DNA from: a bacterium
Lineage (GTDB): Bacteria > Patescibacteriota > Minisyncoccia > Phycocordibacterales > UBA9973
Direction: 5' to 3'
Assembly: GCA_037130335.1 (NCBI GenBank)
Contig: JBAXTD010000001.1
Coordinates: 25,683 to 89,682, forward strand
DNA: 64,000 nt
Shown: positions 48,590 to 59,461 of the stretch, in pieces
Layout of the letters: every line of letters starts with the position of its first letter
Position numbering within the stretch: the stretch's first letter is position 1
Notes under the pieces: model-generated
The model's database searches: none
Told to the model about the DNA's origin: nothing
The model's input: the letters and a program-made list of their open reading frames with translations, nothing else
Made by a program: the position numbers and the translations under genes

Positions 48590-49324
48590 GTGAAAAAAAA
48601 TACAAATTTTACGACTATTACCGTTGCCTCCTATAAGAATATAGTTGAGGCTAAAAACATTTTTGAGGAATTTCGTTTAGCAAAAATTGCGAATGAAAGA
48701 TGGCGAAATTTTAAGGGTTGCGCCTCATCAATAATAATCCTCGTGATTTATTTATTGCTGATGCACTTTGCTGATGTTGTTAATCAAATTACTAATTTAA
48801 GATCAGCATTGGGCTTGTTTGGCTTATTGTTGCAGATTGCAATAATTTCATTAGCCGTGATTATTTTTGTTGCTCCATTCTATGTTGGGGTAATAAATGA
48901 TGTTGTATTTGAAAAAAAATATAATGATAAGGATGTTATTCTAGCACTAAATCGGTGTAAGAAAATGTCTGACGTCGTGTCTCTGTTTGCATTTCTATTT
49001 GAATTTGGAAGTTATCATTTGGATTTTATTGGAAAAGTTGGAAGTTTAACATTTCAATTTTATTTTGACGGTCAAAAAGATAATTTTTGCGACCTTACTC
49101 TGGATTCAGAAGGGCAAATCAGAATCATCGATGTTACAAAAGTATCTAACACTGACACAAAGGAAGAAGTCACATTTGATTTATGGCAAATTTTCTTGAG
49201 TGAACTTGAGGAAAAAACCGGTTATAAACATTTCGAGCTTACTGATGGTAATAAAATCAGAGCTTGGAGTTACAATCCAGCCGATAATGAGGTGAAAGAG
49301 GAACATTTTTTGATTTATGTTTAA
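48590..49324 (+). CDS. Hypothetical membrane protein inserted between pilM and pilN
   Basis: Two TM helices; own TTGACT promoter-like signal and terminator at 49345-49378. Confidence 0.7.
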   Translation: MKKNTNFTTITVASYKNIVEAKNIFEEFRLAKIANERWRNFKGCASSIIILVIYLLLMHFADVVNQITNLRSALGLFGLLLQIAIISLAVIIFVAPFYVGVINDVVFEKKYNDKDVILALNRCKKMSDVVSLFAFLFEFGSYHLDFIGKVGSLTFQFYFDGQKDNFCDLTLDSEGQIRIIDVTKVSNTDTKEEVTFDLWQIFLSELEEKTGYKHFELTDGNKIRAWSYNPADNEVKEEHFLIYV

Positions 49325-49442
49325 TTTTTTTGTGCTAATTATTTAAAAGGCTTTGCATTTTGTGCAAAGCCTTTTTTTGTTGTCTTTTCCTCTATACATT
49401 ACGCGTACTCTGTAATACAATTATATGGTACGAATTTTGTGT

Positions 49443-50078
49443 ATGGATAAAACTTTTCAAACCTCATTCATTCCCAAAAAACCAACTGTCGAAGCGGCAC
49501 CCGTAGAAAAAAAATTCACGCTCGGCATCTTTGGTTTTATTGGAGTATTACTTTTTGTCATCTCAACTGCGCTTGCAGTCGGGGTTTATTTCTATGAAAA
49601 AAACTTGGTAGTACAACTTGCCGACAAACAAGCTCAATTAAATAATGCTCGTAACGCGATTGAGTTTCCACTTATTGATTCTGCAAAGACGCTTGGTCGT
49701 CGAATTACTGATGCAAATCAAATTCTCTCAAATCATATTATTGTCTCGCCAATTTTTTCTGCATTGCAATTAAACACGCTCAAGAGTATTCAATTCAATC
49801 AATTTACATATGCAACTCCGACCGATCAATCAGGAAAGGTGAGCGTGCAGATGAATGGGGTCGCACGCGACTATACATCGATTGCACTTGAATCTGATCA
49901 ATTAGCAAAAAATAAAGATATTCAGAATCCGATTTTTTCTGGGCTCGCGCTTGATCCACAAACAGGCACGGTGAGCTTTACACTTAATTTCACGGTCAGT
50001 TCAGATTTGGTGAGTTTTGTAAAACATGTTTCTGATTATGTCGTTGCCACATCAACGACGTCAGTAGTATCTCAATAA
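49443..50078 (+). CDS. pilN: PilN-like protein
   Basis: TSFIPKK, TM helix, coiled coil, ferredoxin-like C-terminus; synteny. Confidence 0.75.
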   Translation: MDKTFQTSFIPKKPTVEAAPVEKKFTLGIFGFIGVLLFVISTALAVGVYFYEKNLVVQLADKQAQLNNARNAIEFPLIDSAKTLGRRITDANQILSNHIIVSPIFSALQLNTLKSIQFNQFTYATPTDQSGKVSVQMNGVARDYTSIALESDQLAKNKDIQNPIFSGLALDPQTGTVSFTLNFTVSSDLVSFVKHVSDYVVATSTTSVVSQ

Positions 50079-50083
50079 ATAAT

Positions 50084-50635
50084 ATGAAATTACTTTTACC
50101 AATTATTTTAATAGCAATCTCGATTGGAAACTTTCTGTTGTTTGTTCATCCGCACTATCAACAAATCGGAGATTATAAAGCAAAGATTGCTGAGTACGAT
50201 GATGCGCTCAGTAATGAGGCAAAACTCGAACAAGACCGTGATGCACTTTCAAATACGTATCATAGTTTTCCGCTTGATGCAGAAATGCGTTTGGAAAAAA
50301 TGTTGCCAACAAATGCCGATAATATTCGTTTGATTATTGATATCCAAAAAATTGCTGTGGCTAATGGTATGAATGTTGTTTCGACACAGTTTGATTCAAC
50401 CAAAACAACCGGAGTGGTGCAGGTTGCAGGTGCTCGAGGTCCCCAAAAGGATTATGGAATTTTTGATTTGGAGTTTTCGGTCACAGGTACATATCAGAAT
50501 TTTGTAAATTTTTTGAAAGCGATGGAATCAAGTTTGCGTATAAATGATATTCAGTCAATAAATTTTTCATCTGACAAAAAGGATAACTACAGTTTTGATA
50601 TTAAAATAAAAACGTATTGGCTCAAAGCACAATAA
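50084..50635 (+). CDS. pilO: PilO-like protein
   Basis: TM helix, coiled coil, LP, GTYQNFVNFL..ME...R. Confidence 0.85.
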   Translation: MKLLLPIILIAISIGNFLLFVHPHYQQIGDYKAKIAEYDDALSNEAKLEQDRDALSNTYHSFPLDAEMRLEKMLPTNADNIRLIIDIQKIAVANGMNVVSTQFDSTKTTGVVQVAGARGPQKDYGIFDLEFSVTGTYQNFVNFLKAMESSLRINDIQSINFSSDKKDNYSFDIKIKTYWLKAQ

Positions 50636-50642
50636 TAATTAT

Positions 50643-51326
50643 ATGGATCCACTCAAAGACACAACAACTAAAAAGGGCATTACAAAAAACATACTTATTA
50701 TTGTGGCAATTGTTGTAGTACTTGGTGTGGCATATGTATTATTTTTTAAAAAAGGTAACACTACACAAAATACCGGAGGACTTTCAACGGCTTCTGATTC
50801 ACCAGTAAATACATCAGGAGGTCCTGTGGTGAGTGATGTGCAGGTTACCAGTCAGCAATTTTTGGCACAATTATTAAATATTGATTCAATCAAAATTGAT
50901 AATGCGATTGTAACTAATCCTGCATTTGTGGTGCTCAAAGATTTGAGTAAACCAATTGATCCAGATAATAATCCCGGACGTATTAATCCATTTGCTCCAC
51001 TCGGTTCTGAGAGTGCGACCGTGTCAACACAAATAAATACCAATGACCCCACACTCAAACTCGCAACATCTGCAGTGCTCAATGGAACACTTCTTGTTTC
51101 TGGTCAGGGAATAACGAGATGGTTTGAATACGGTACTACTGATTCACTTGGTACAAAAACAACTGAAACACCTCAATCAACAACTGGTGTGTTTAGTGAA
51201 AGTATTACAAATTTGATTCCAAATACGACATATTACGTCAAAGCAATCGCATCAATCAATGGTCAAATTATTTCAGGTGCATTTATGTCATGGAAAACAG
51301 GAGCGCTCAAACGATCGGGAAAATAA
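50643..51326 (+). CDS. PilP-position membrane protein with an FN3-like domain
   Basis: TM helix, GRINPFAP, WFEYGTT, LIPNTTYYVKA. Confidence 0.7.
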   Translation: MDPLKDTTTKKGITKNILIIVAIVVVLGVAYVLFFKKGNTTQNTGGLSTASDSPVNTSGGPVVSDVQVTSQQFLAQLLNIDSIKIDNAIVTNPAFVVLKDLSKPIDPDNNPGRINPFAPLGSESATVSTQINTNDPTLKLATSAVLNGTLLVSGQGITRWFEYGTTDSLGTKTTETPQSTTGVFSESITNLIPNTTYYVKAIASINGQIISGAFMSWKTGALKRSGK

Positions 51327-51395
51327 TTTATTTTTAGAAATTATGTTTCAAATACACAATAGGGTATCATTAGGATAGTATTTATTTTTTAACGT

Positions 51396-53141
51396 ATGAC
51401 TTTTACTGAAGAATTAACAAAACGTGGACTCATAACCGAAAAAGGACTCGGAGAGGTTTTGCGTATTGCCGAAGAAAAGTATGGTGGGGTTTTGGAGGGA
51501 GCACTTCTCGAAAAGGGAATTCCTGAAAACGAACTCTTGGAAATTAAAAGTTCGTATTATCATATTCCCAAACGTGTTCCAGATATCAAAACAATCACAT
51601 CCTCGATTCTCAAATACATTCCCGAAGATTCTGCGCAACATTATCACTTTGTGCCACTTGCCGTTGAAAACAATGTGTTGATTGTGGGTATTACAAATCC
51701 AGATGATATTGCTGCGTCAGATGCACTTCAATTTATTGCACAAAAAAACGATATGCCGTTTAAGGTTGTTGTAATTTCTGAACCAGCATTTCAAAAAGTT
51801 CTTGATGTGTATAAAAGTTTTACTGATTCATCTGTCGACACAGCTATGTCTTCTATGGACGATATAGATAATCAAATGAAAGATGTGACCGACATGACTC
51901 TTGTGGATCCAAAAAAAGAACAAAATTCTCTCAAGCCTGGCGAAGAAGAACGTATCGTCGAAGAAGCGCCAATCATAAAAATCGTTGCAGTTATTTTAAA
52001 CAATGCGGTTGAAGGAAATGCATCAGACATTCACATCGAAAACACAGGTGAAAAAGTAAAAGTTCGTTTCCGTGTGGATGGAGTACTTCATACGTCACTT
52101 TTTTTGCCACTTCCAGTTTTTCCTGGAGTTGTTGCGCGTATAAAAATTCTTGCAAAACTTCGTCTCGATGAAAAACGTAAACCACAAGACGGAGGATTTT
52201 CTGCAAAAATTGGTGATCGTAAAATTGATTTCCGTGTGTCTACACTTCCTGCGTATTATGGTGAAAAAGTTGTGCTTCGTATTTTGGATTCTGAACGAGG
52301 TGTCAAAAAAATCGACGAACTTGGATTGTCGGAGTCTCATATCAAAATGATAAAAGAGGCAATCACAAAACCGTACGGACTTATTTTGATTACTGGTCCA
52401 ACTGGTTCCGGAAAATCAACCACACTGTATTCTTTGATTAATGAACTTAATCGTGAAGAAGAAAACGTTGTATCACTCGAAGACCCAGTTGAATATCACA
52501 TACCAGATATGAATCAATCACAAGTGATGCCCGAGATCGGATATACATTTGCAAACGGACTTCGTAGTATTTTGCGTCAGGACCCAGATATTATCATGGT
52601 GGGAGAAATTCGTGATGCTGAAACTGCACAACTTGCGATTCAAGCCGCACTTACTGGACACCTCGTGTTTTCTACACTTCACACAAATAGTGCGACAGGA
52701 GTTATCCCTCGTTTGATAGACATGGGGATTGATCCATATTTGATTGCGCCAACATTAGTTCTTTCGATTGCACAACGTTTGGTTCGCACGACATATGAAA
52801 AAAGTGTACACGAAGTAACAGACCAAGACAGTTTGCATCAAATGGCCGAAAAGCAATTTGCTGATTTGCCAGAAGAATTTAAAGCAAAACTTCCACTTTC
52901 AGGTAAATTTACAGAGGCAATTCCGTCACCAGAGTGTCCGTCGGGAACACGTGGACGAACTGTTGTCATGGAAATGTTTCCTGTGGACAAGGATTTGCAA
53001 GCACTCATCCTCAAAAAGCCAGTTGATACAGAAATTTATGATCTCGTTCGTAAAAAAGGTTTTATAACAATGCGTGAAGATGCAATTATTAAATGTATTG
53101 AGGGTAAAACACCGTTCCAAGAAATTTATAACTTTTTGTAG
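51396..53141 (+). CDS. pilB: Type IV pilus assembly ATPase (PilB/GspE)
   Basis: ASDIHIE, PQDG, GPTGSGKSTT, LRQDPDIIMVGEIRD, STLHTN. Confidence 0.96.
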   Translation: MTFTEELTKRGLITEKGLGEVLRIAEEKYGGVLEGALLEKGIPENELLEIKSSYYHIPKRVPDIKTITSSILKYIPEDSAQHYHFVPLAVENNVLIVGITNPDDIAASDALQFIAQKNDMPFKVVVISEPAFQKVLDVYKSFTDSSVDTAMSSMDDIDNQMKDVTDMTLVDPKKEQNSLKPGEEERIVEEAPIIKIVAVILNNAVEGNASDIHIENTGEKVKVRFRVDGVLHTSLFLPLPVFPGVVARIKILAKLRLDEKRKPQDGGFSAKIGDRKIDFRVSTLPAYYGEKVVLRILDSERGVKKIDELGLSESHIKMIKEAITKPYGLILITGPTGSGKSTTLYSLINELNREEENVVSLEDPVEYHIPDMNQSQVMPEIGYTFANGLRSILRQDPDIIMVGEIRDAETAQLAIQAALTGHLVFSTLHTNSATGVIPRLIDMGIDPYLIAPTLVLSIAQRLVRTTYEKSVHEVTDQDSLHQMAEKQFADLPEEFKAKLPLSGKFTEAIPSPECPSGTRGRTVVMEMFPVDKDLQALILKKPVDTEIYDLVRKKGFITMREDAIIKCIEGKTPFQEIYNFL

Positions 53142-53171
53142 TATTTGTTAGTGTGATATAATCAAACCATT

Positions 53172-53555
53172 ATGCAAAACAAAAAAATTCTTATTGTTGA
53201 CGACGACAGCTTTCTGCTCGACATGTATGCACTCAAATTTACACAATCTGGTTTTGATGTGACGACTGGTCTCGGCGCATTGCCTGCACTCGAAAAACTT
53301 CGCGGGGGATATTCACCAGACCTTATTTTGCTCGATATCGTTATGCCAGGAATGGACGGGTTTGAATTTCTCGGAAAGATGAAAGATGAAAAGCTTGCAC
53401 CAACTGCAATAAAAATTATTCTTTCAAACCGAGGTGCCGAAACTGATGTGAAGCGCGGAACTGAACTCGGAGCTTCGGGATATATCGTAAAAGCATCGAC
53501 CACTCCATCTGAAGTTTTGACTCACGTAACTGAAATTTTTTCAAAGCATTTATAA
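53172..53555 (+). CDS. Single-domain response regulator in the pil cluster
   Basis: ILIVDDD, LLDIVMPGMDG. Confidence 0.93.
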   Translation: MQNKKILIVDDDSFLLDMYALKFTQSGFDVTTGLGALPALEKLRGGYSPDLILLDIVMPGMDGFEFLGKMKDEKLAPTAIKIILSNRGAETDVKRGTELGASGYIVKASTTPSEVLTHVTEIFSKHL

Positions 53556-53578
53556 AATAAAATTTAAAATTTTACATA

Positions 53579-54640
53579 ATGAATCCAAACCAGCAATTAA
53601 TTGAATCGTTCGTTGATATTTTGATAAAAGAAAATGGTTCAGACCTGCATCTTTCGGCTGGACGATTTCCTTCAATTCGAGCATCGACAGAATTGATTAC
53701 GTTGGTTAATCAAAAAAAGCTCACTCCAGAGGATATGGTAGGCATACTTTCGTATATTCTCGGAGAACAAAAATTTAAAAAGTTTACAGATGAGCAAGAA
53801 ATTGATTTTGCATATAATTACAAAGACAATATTCGTTTGCGTGGAAATGCATTCTTTCGTCAGGGAAGTATTGGTATTGCATTCCGTTTGATTCCCAAAG
53901 TTCACACAATTGATGAACTTAAATTGCCTGACATTCTCAAAACATTTGCAACCAAAAAACAAGGTTTCTTTTTGGTTGTGGGCCCGGTTGGTCAAGGTAA
54001 ATCTACAACACTTTCGGCGATGCTTGAATTTATAAATTCAGAACGTTCAGAACACATTGTGACAGTTGAGGATCCAGTCGAGTATTTATTTGAAGAAAAG
54101 CATTCAATTATTGATCAGCGTGAAGTTGGTTTTGACACCAAAGATTTTACGACGGCACTTAACGCAATCTTTCGTGAAGATGTGAATGTAATTATGATCG
54201 GTGAAATGCGTGGTGTCGAAACAATTGCCACTGCGGTTACTGCTGCCGAAACTGGACACTTGGTTCTGTCGACGCTACACACTAATTCTGCGGCGCAAAC
54301 AATCGATCGTATTATCGACTCGTTTCCAGGAAATCAACAAGACCAAATTCGTTCACAACTTGCAAACTCATTGCTTGGAATTTTTTCACAACGCTTGATT
54401 CCACGAATTTCTGGTGGGCTTGTGATGGCGTATGAGCTTTTGATAAACAATCCAGCAATCGGCAATTTGATTCGAGAAAAGCGCACTCACGAAATCGATG
54501 TTGTAATCGAAACTGGTACCGAACAGGGAATGGTGGATATGAATCGTTCACTTTTAGAGCTTGTACGCGCTGGTGAAATCACAATGGATAACGCGTATAC
54601 GTATTCGATGAATCCAAAGGCACTCGAGCGCTTAATGTAG
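53579..54640 (+). CDS. pilT: Pilus retraction ATPase PilT
   Basis: SDLHL, GPVGQGKSTT, EDPVE, AAETGHLV, AIGNLIRE. Confidence 0.96.
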   Translation: MNPNQQLIESFVDILIKENGSDLHLSAGRFPSIRASTELITLVNQKKLTPEDMVGILSYILGEQKFKKFTDEQEIDFAYNYKDNIRLRGNAFFRQGSIGIAFRLIPKVHTIDELKLPDILKTFATKKQGFFLVVGPVGQGKSTTLSAMLEFINSERSEHIVTVEDPVEYLFEEKHSIIDQREVGFDTKDFTTALNAIFREDVNVIMIGEMRGVETIATAVTAAETGHLVLSTLHTNSAAQTIDRIIDSFPGNQQDQIRSQLANSLLGIFSQRLIPRISGGLVMAYELLINNPAIGNLIREKRTHEIDVVIETGTEQGMVDMNRSLLELVRAGEITMDNAYTYSMNPKALERLM

Positions 54641-54664
54641 TTTTTTTGATTTTTATTTACACAT

Positions 54665-55864
54665 ATGAATTTTATTTACAAAGCAGTCACTGGTACTGGT
54701 GAAAAAAAGGAAGGAACGATTGACGCTATAAATAAAGATGCGGCTATTTCTGGACTTCAACGTCGCGGGCTTATCATCGTATCTATCAAAGGTGAAGAAG
54801 AAAAATCAATTTTTCAGTTAGCTCTCTTTGAAAGTGTGCCAATGCGAGACATCGTGGTTTTGTCACGCCAAATGTCGACACTCTTTGATGCAAACGTATC
54901 TGCGCTCAAGGCATTTACGATGCTTTCGACAAATGTTGAAAATAAACTTTTGAAACGAAAGTTGGTGACGGTGACGGATGATATTCAATCAGGAAATCAA
55001 ATTTCTGCCGCGCTCGCAAAACATCCCGACGTTTTTTCAGAATTTTATGTAAACATGGTAAAAGCAGGTGAGGAATCTGGAAAGCTCAATCAGATTTTTT
55101 CATTTCTCGCAGATTATCTCGATCGTCAGTACGCACTTACATCCAAAACAAAATCAGCACTTATTTATCCAGGGTTTGTTATTGGAATTTTCTTTGTTGT
55201 GATGACACTCATGTTTACGTTTATTATTCCAAAACTCGAAACAATTATTTTGCAGTCAGGTTCGCCGGTTCCAATTTATACTCAAATCGTTTTTAATATA
55301 TCAAATGTTTTTGTAAATTATGGACTTATTTTATTGATTGTAATTGTGGGAGTTATCGGATATCTCATTCATTTGGCTGGTACAAAATCTGGAAAGGCGT
55401 ATCTCGATGGTATCAAAATAAAAGTTCCAGCATTCGGAGAGCTTTTTCGAAAACTATATCTTTCACGTATTGCAGACAACATGAACACCATGCTTTCATC
55501 TGGAATTTCTATCGTGCACTCGCTTGAAATCACGAGTAAGGTTGTAGGTAATAAAGTATATGAAGATATCATGAATGAAGCCGTTGAAGCGGTCAAAGCC
55601 GGAAAGCCTTTTTCTGACGCACTCGAAAAGCATAATGAAATTCCAAAAATTATGGTGCAAATGATTCGTGTAGGAGAAGAAACAGGGGGAGTGGCAAATA
55701 TTCTCAAAACTCTTTCAGCGTTCTATGCTCGTGAAGTTAACGATGCAGTAAATACACTTGTGTCACTTATTGAACCAGTGATGATTGTGCTCCTCGGTCT
55801 CGGAGTTGGTACACTGCTCGTATCTGTTCTCGTGCCAATTTACAACATGTCATCAGTGGGATAG
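54665..55864 (+). CDS. pilC: Type IV pilus platform protein PilC (GspF family)
   Basis: AGEESG, ALIYP, VGEETG, LIEP. Confidence 0.96.
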   Translation: MNFIYKAVTGTGEKKEGTIDAINKDAAISGLQRRGLIIVSIKGEEEKSIFQLALFESVPMRDIVVLSRQMSTLFDANVSALKAFTMLSTNVENKLLKRKLVTVTDDIQSGNQISAALAKHPDVFSEFYVNMVKAGEESGKLNQIFSFLADYLDRQYALTSKTKSALIYPGFVIGIFFVVMTLMFTFIIPKLETIILQSGSPVPIYTQIVFNISNVFVNYGLILLIVIVGVIGYLIHLAGTKSGKAYLDGIKIKVPAFGELFRKLYLSRIADNMNTMLSSGISIVHSLEITSKVVGNKVYEDIMNEAVEAVKAGKPFSDALEKHNEIPKIMVQMIRVGEETGGVANILKTLSAFYAREVNDAVNTLVSLIEPVMIVLLGLGVGTLLVSVLVPIYNMSSVG

Positions 55865-55994
55865 TTTTGTTTTCCACATATCCAAATAAAAATGTTTTTT
55901 CTGGGTGTATAATTGAAGCGTTATTATATTAATGGTCGGATCCTCCTTTATCTAATATAAATGGAGACCAAATTATCACTAGTTTATTTTTATT

Positions 55995-56543
55995 ATGCAA
56001 AAAAGAAATATGTTTAGTTCTCTCAAAAAGGATTTCAAAAATGTGTCAGCCGGATTTACGCTTATCGAACTTTTGGTTGTTATTGCAATTATCGCCATTT
56101 TGGCAACAATCGTTCTCACATCACTTGGTGGTGCAACAGGAAAGGGAAATGATGCAAAGGTAAAGGCTCAACTTTCAAGTATGCGTGATCAAGCTGCACT
56201 TTGGGTTCAAGGTTCAGGTGTTACACTTGGTCCTGTTGCCGCTACAGTTTCACCAGTTACTGGTGCAGCTAATGCAACAAATCCATTTGCTGATAGTACT
56301 CTTTCAAACAACAGTTTATATCAATTAATCACAGGTTTGCCATCAGGAACTAAATATACATATGCGTTTGACGGAACAAACACACCTGCAAACGGAGGTA
56401 AATGGGCATTTGCCGGACAATTAACCACAGGATCAATGTGTGTTGATTACACTGGTGGATTCAAAATATCTACATCAACTTCAGCATATGCTACAAATGG
56501 ATTTGACTACACAAATTTTGCTTCTGCATATACATGTAACTAA
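55995..56543 (+). CDS. pilA: Probable major type IV pilin
   Basis: GFTLIELLVVIAIIAIL; C-terminal Cys pair; own promoter and terminator (56564-56600). Confidence 0.88.
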   Translation: MQKRNMFSSLKKDFKNVSAGFTLIELLVVIAIIAILATIVLTSLGGATGKGNDAKVKAQLSSMRDQAALWVQGSGVTLGPVAATVSPVTGAANATNPFADSTLSNNSLYQLITGLPSGTKYTYAFDGTNTPANGGKWAFAGQLTTGSMCVDYTGGFKISTSTSAYATNGFDYTNFASAYTCN

Positions 56544-56624
56544 TATTTAATTTATATTACATTAAACAAACACCTCGCGATTGCGAGGTGTTTGTTTTTT
56601 ATTTGAATGATATAATAAAATCAT

Positions 56625-57461
56625 ATGGATACTATTTTTGACACAATTTTTCCAATTATCTTTTTTTTCTTTGGGGCGATTATTGGAAGTTTTTTGAATG
56701 TGGTTATTTTGCGATATCGAAGTGGGCGATCAATTACCAGTGGGAGGTCTGTGTGTTTTACGTGTGGACGTACATTGCATTGGTTTGAGATGATTCCGAT
56801 CGGAAGTTTTTTGAGTCAGGGTGGTCGCTGCGAAGGATGTAAAACAAAAATTTCATGGCAGTATCCAATTGTTGAGGCACTCACAGGAACATTTTTTGTG
56901 TTACTGTATTTTCATTTTCAATATTTATTGATTAGTACACCATTACTTTTTGTAATTTTGTTTACGTATTACGCAATTATTATTTCTATTTTATTAGTGC
57001 TTTCTGTGTATGATATCAGACACAAAATTTTACCAGATCGAATCGTTCTTTATTTTGTATTGCTTGCGTTTATCGGTATGTTTTTTGTCCAGGGCGATTC
57101 ACTTGTAATTCATATTCCACGATACACGCAATTTCTTGCCGGTATATTGTTGCCTGCGCCATTTACCGCAATGTGGTTTTTGTCGAAAGGTAAATGGATG
57201 GGGCTCGGTGATTCGAAGCTCATGGTTGGAATTGGATTTTTGCTCGGTCTTTCGGCTGGATTTACTGCGATTTTATTTTCTTTTTGGATTGGTGCAATCG
57301 TGAGTATTATTATTTTGATAATATTTCGCATTGTTGGTAATCGTGGAGTATCACTTGCAACTGCAATACCATTTGGTCCGTTTCTTGCGCTCGGGACAAT
57401 TATTGTTTTGTTGGGAGAATATAATTTACTGAGTATTTTTAGAGCATTCGGTGGATACTAA
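56625..57461 (+). CDS. pilD: Prepilin peptidase
   Basis: GSFLNV, RSVCFTC, GRCEGC, YD, GLGDSKL, IPFGPFL. Confidence 0.97.
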   Translation: MDTIFDTIFPIIFFFFGAIIGSFLNVVILRYRSGRSITSGRSVCFTCGRTLHWFEMIPIGSFLSQGGRCEGCKTKISWQYPIVEALTGTFFVLLYFHFQYLLISTPLLFVILFTYYAIIISILLVLSVYDIRHKILPDRIVLYFVLLAFIGMFFVQGDSLVIHIPRYTQFLAGILLPAPFTAMWFLSKGKWMGLGDSKLMVGIGFLLGLSAGFTAILFSFWIGAIVSIIILIIFRIVGNRGVSLATAIPFGPFLALGTIIVLLGEYNLLSIFRAFGGY

Positions 57462-57463
57462 TA

Positions 57464-58246
57464 ATGAAAAAATTTTTATTATTTAAAAAAAAATTTCAAA
57501 CTGAAAGTCGTTTCAGTAAAATGCCGTTTCGACGAACAGAGGATGGTTTTACACTCATCGAGCTCATAACTGTATTTATTATTATGGGTATTATGTCAAC
57601 GATTCTTTTGTTTAACTTCAGAACGTTTGATGGAAAAATGCAATTTGAAAATATTTCTCAGGATATTGCGCTTCGAATTGTCGAGGCTCAAAAATCTGCA
57701 ATGACAGGAAAAGTTAATCCGAATTTTGTAGGACGAGATGTAAAGCCTGCGTATGGAGTATATTTTTCAAGTGCTCCAACCGCTGGTACTGCAAATAAAA
57801 AGTTTGTATATTTTACTGATATTCCTGGTGTGGGTTCTGGAAGTGGAACGTCGACGGGAAATAAATTATACGATCCACCAACTGGTGTGTTTGTGTGCAA
57901 TGGAGCATCTACAACAGGAAATGAATGTTTGTCTGTGACTACAATCACCACCGGGGAATATGTTGATAATATTTGCTACAAAACTCTCACTGGTTCAAAA
58001 TCGTGCACGGGTTCATATGCATCTGACCTGACTGTTTTGTTTGTCCGCCCTTTTTCTGATGCATCGCTTATTATTCATCAACCATCAACAGCACTTACAA
58101 CTCCAATTGTGGTGCAGTCAGCATGTATCGAGCTTGCATCACCAATTTATATTAATTCAAAAAGAACAATAGTTATTAGTAATTTGGGTCAGATCGGTAG
58201 TTATAATCTTCCAGCAACGAGCACGACGCTTCCGTGTCAAAGTTAA
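57464..58246 (+). CDS. Minor pilin (FimU/GspH-like)
   Basis: GFTLIELI; Cys-rich. Confidence 0.85.
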   Translation: MKKFLLFKKKFQTESRFSKMPFRRTEDGFTLIELITVFIIMGIMSTILLFNFRTFDGKMQFENISQDIALRIVEAQKSAMTGKVNPNFVGRDVKPAYGVYFSSAPTAGTANKKFVYFTDIPGVGSGSGTSTGNKLYDPPTGVFVCNGASTTGNECLSVTTITTGEYVDNICYKTLTGSKSCTGSYASDLTVLFVRPFSDASLIIHQPSTALTTPIVVQSACIELASPIYINSKRTIVISNLGQIGSYNLPATSTTLPCQS

Positions 58247-58248
58247 AT

Positions 58249-58857
58249 ATGAAATTTTTTTATTCAAAAAAACAACATGGATTTACACTCGTTGAAACAA
58301 TGGTTTCGATGACAATCTTTAGTGTGCTTGTCGTATACGGACTCGGCTCGGTACTTACGGCAATAAGTCAGCACGAACGATCACAAAATATGAGTAATGT
58401 TATGGATAATTTAAATTTTATTTTGGAGGACATGTCTCGCAACATTCGACTCGGAACAAATTTTCATTGTTTTGCACCTGATGAATCTGGTACTGGCGTC
58501 GATGGTAGTGGCCATGTAAATGTTGTGCCACAAGATTGCCAGCTTGGTGTTGGTTCAAATGAAATTGTTTTTCAAAGTGTTTCGGGTGTTGCGATCACGT
58601 ATCTCATTGCTCCAGTTGGTGGTGTGGGGCAAGTTCAAATTCAAAAAATCGTTGGTAACGGTACTGCACAAATATTGACCCCCACATATGTCATAATTGA
58701 TTCATCGAAATCTGGATTTATTGTATACGGTGCACCGCAAGGTGATGGTCTCCAACCGGTTATAAATATTTCACTTTCAGGTAAAGTTACATATCGAGGT
58801 ACTGATTCAAGTTTTTCAATTCAAACTACCGTCGCATCACGTCCACTTGATGGATAA
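58249..58857 (+). CDS. Minor pilin (PilW/GspJ-like)
   Basis: GFTLVETMV. Confidence 0.85.
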   Translation: MKFFYSKKQHGFTLVETMVSMTIFSVLVVYGLGSVLTAISQHERSQNMSNVMDNLNFILEDMSRNIRLGTNFHCFAPDESGTGVDGSGHVNVVPQDCQLGVGSNEIVFQSVSGVAITYLIAPVGGVGQVQIQKIVGNGTAQILTPTYVIIDSSKSGFIVYGAPQGDGLQPVINISLSGKVTYRGTDSSFSIQTTVASRPLDG

Positions 58858-58862
58858 AACAT

Positions 58863-59459
58863 ATGAATATATTTTTTACAAAAAATAAAAAACGAATTTC
58901 AAAGGAAGCAGGGTTTACACTCACCGAGGTGCTTGTAGCGCTTACACTTTTTGCGTTTGCGATTACTGGTGTAATTACTGCGGCGGTAAAAAGTGGTATC
59001 AATATAAATAGCGCAAAAAATCGTTTGACTGCAAATTATCTCGCCCAAGAAGGCGTTGAACTTGTACGCGCCAAGCGTGATTCGTATGTATTGTCGAGCG
59101 ATACATATGTGCATGGGTGGCAAAATTTTGCAGCTGATGTGACAAGTAGTTGTACTGGTCCATGTGATGTGGATGTAAACAGTCTCGCAAATTTAGTACC
59201 AACTTCTGGCGGGGGATTTTATTCGTGTGTGCCGCAGAGTGTGTGTAATCTTTCATATAGTTCTGATGGTTTTTATATTCATGGTACAGGAACCTCGACA
59301 CCATTTAATCGCGAGCTAATCATTACTCCTTTTACATCTCCAGGAGAAACAGTTCCACATGAACTTGAAATTACATCGACAGTGACATGGCAAGAGGGTT
59401 TGAGTACGCAGTCACTTTCGATGAATGAAAGTTTGTTTAATTGGTACATAACAAATTAA
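58863..59459 (+). CDS. Minor pilin (PilV-like)
   Basis: GFTLTEVLV; ANYLAQEGVE. Confidence 0.85.
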   Translation: MNIFFTKNKKRISKEAGFTLTEVLVALTLFAFAITGVITAAVKSGININSAKNRLTANYLAQEGVELVRAKRDSYVLSSDTYVHGWQNFAADVTSSCTGPCDVDVNSLANLVPTSGGGFYSCVPQSVCNLSYSSDGFYIHGTGTSTPFNRELIITPFTSPGETVPHELEITSTVTWQEGLSTQSLSMNESLFNWYITN

Positions 59460-59461
59460 AT

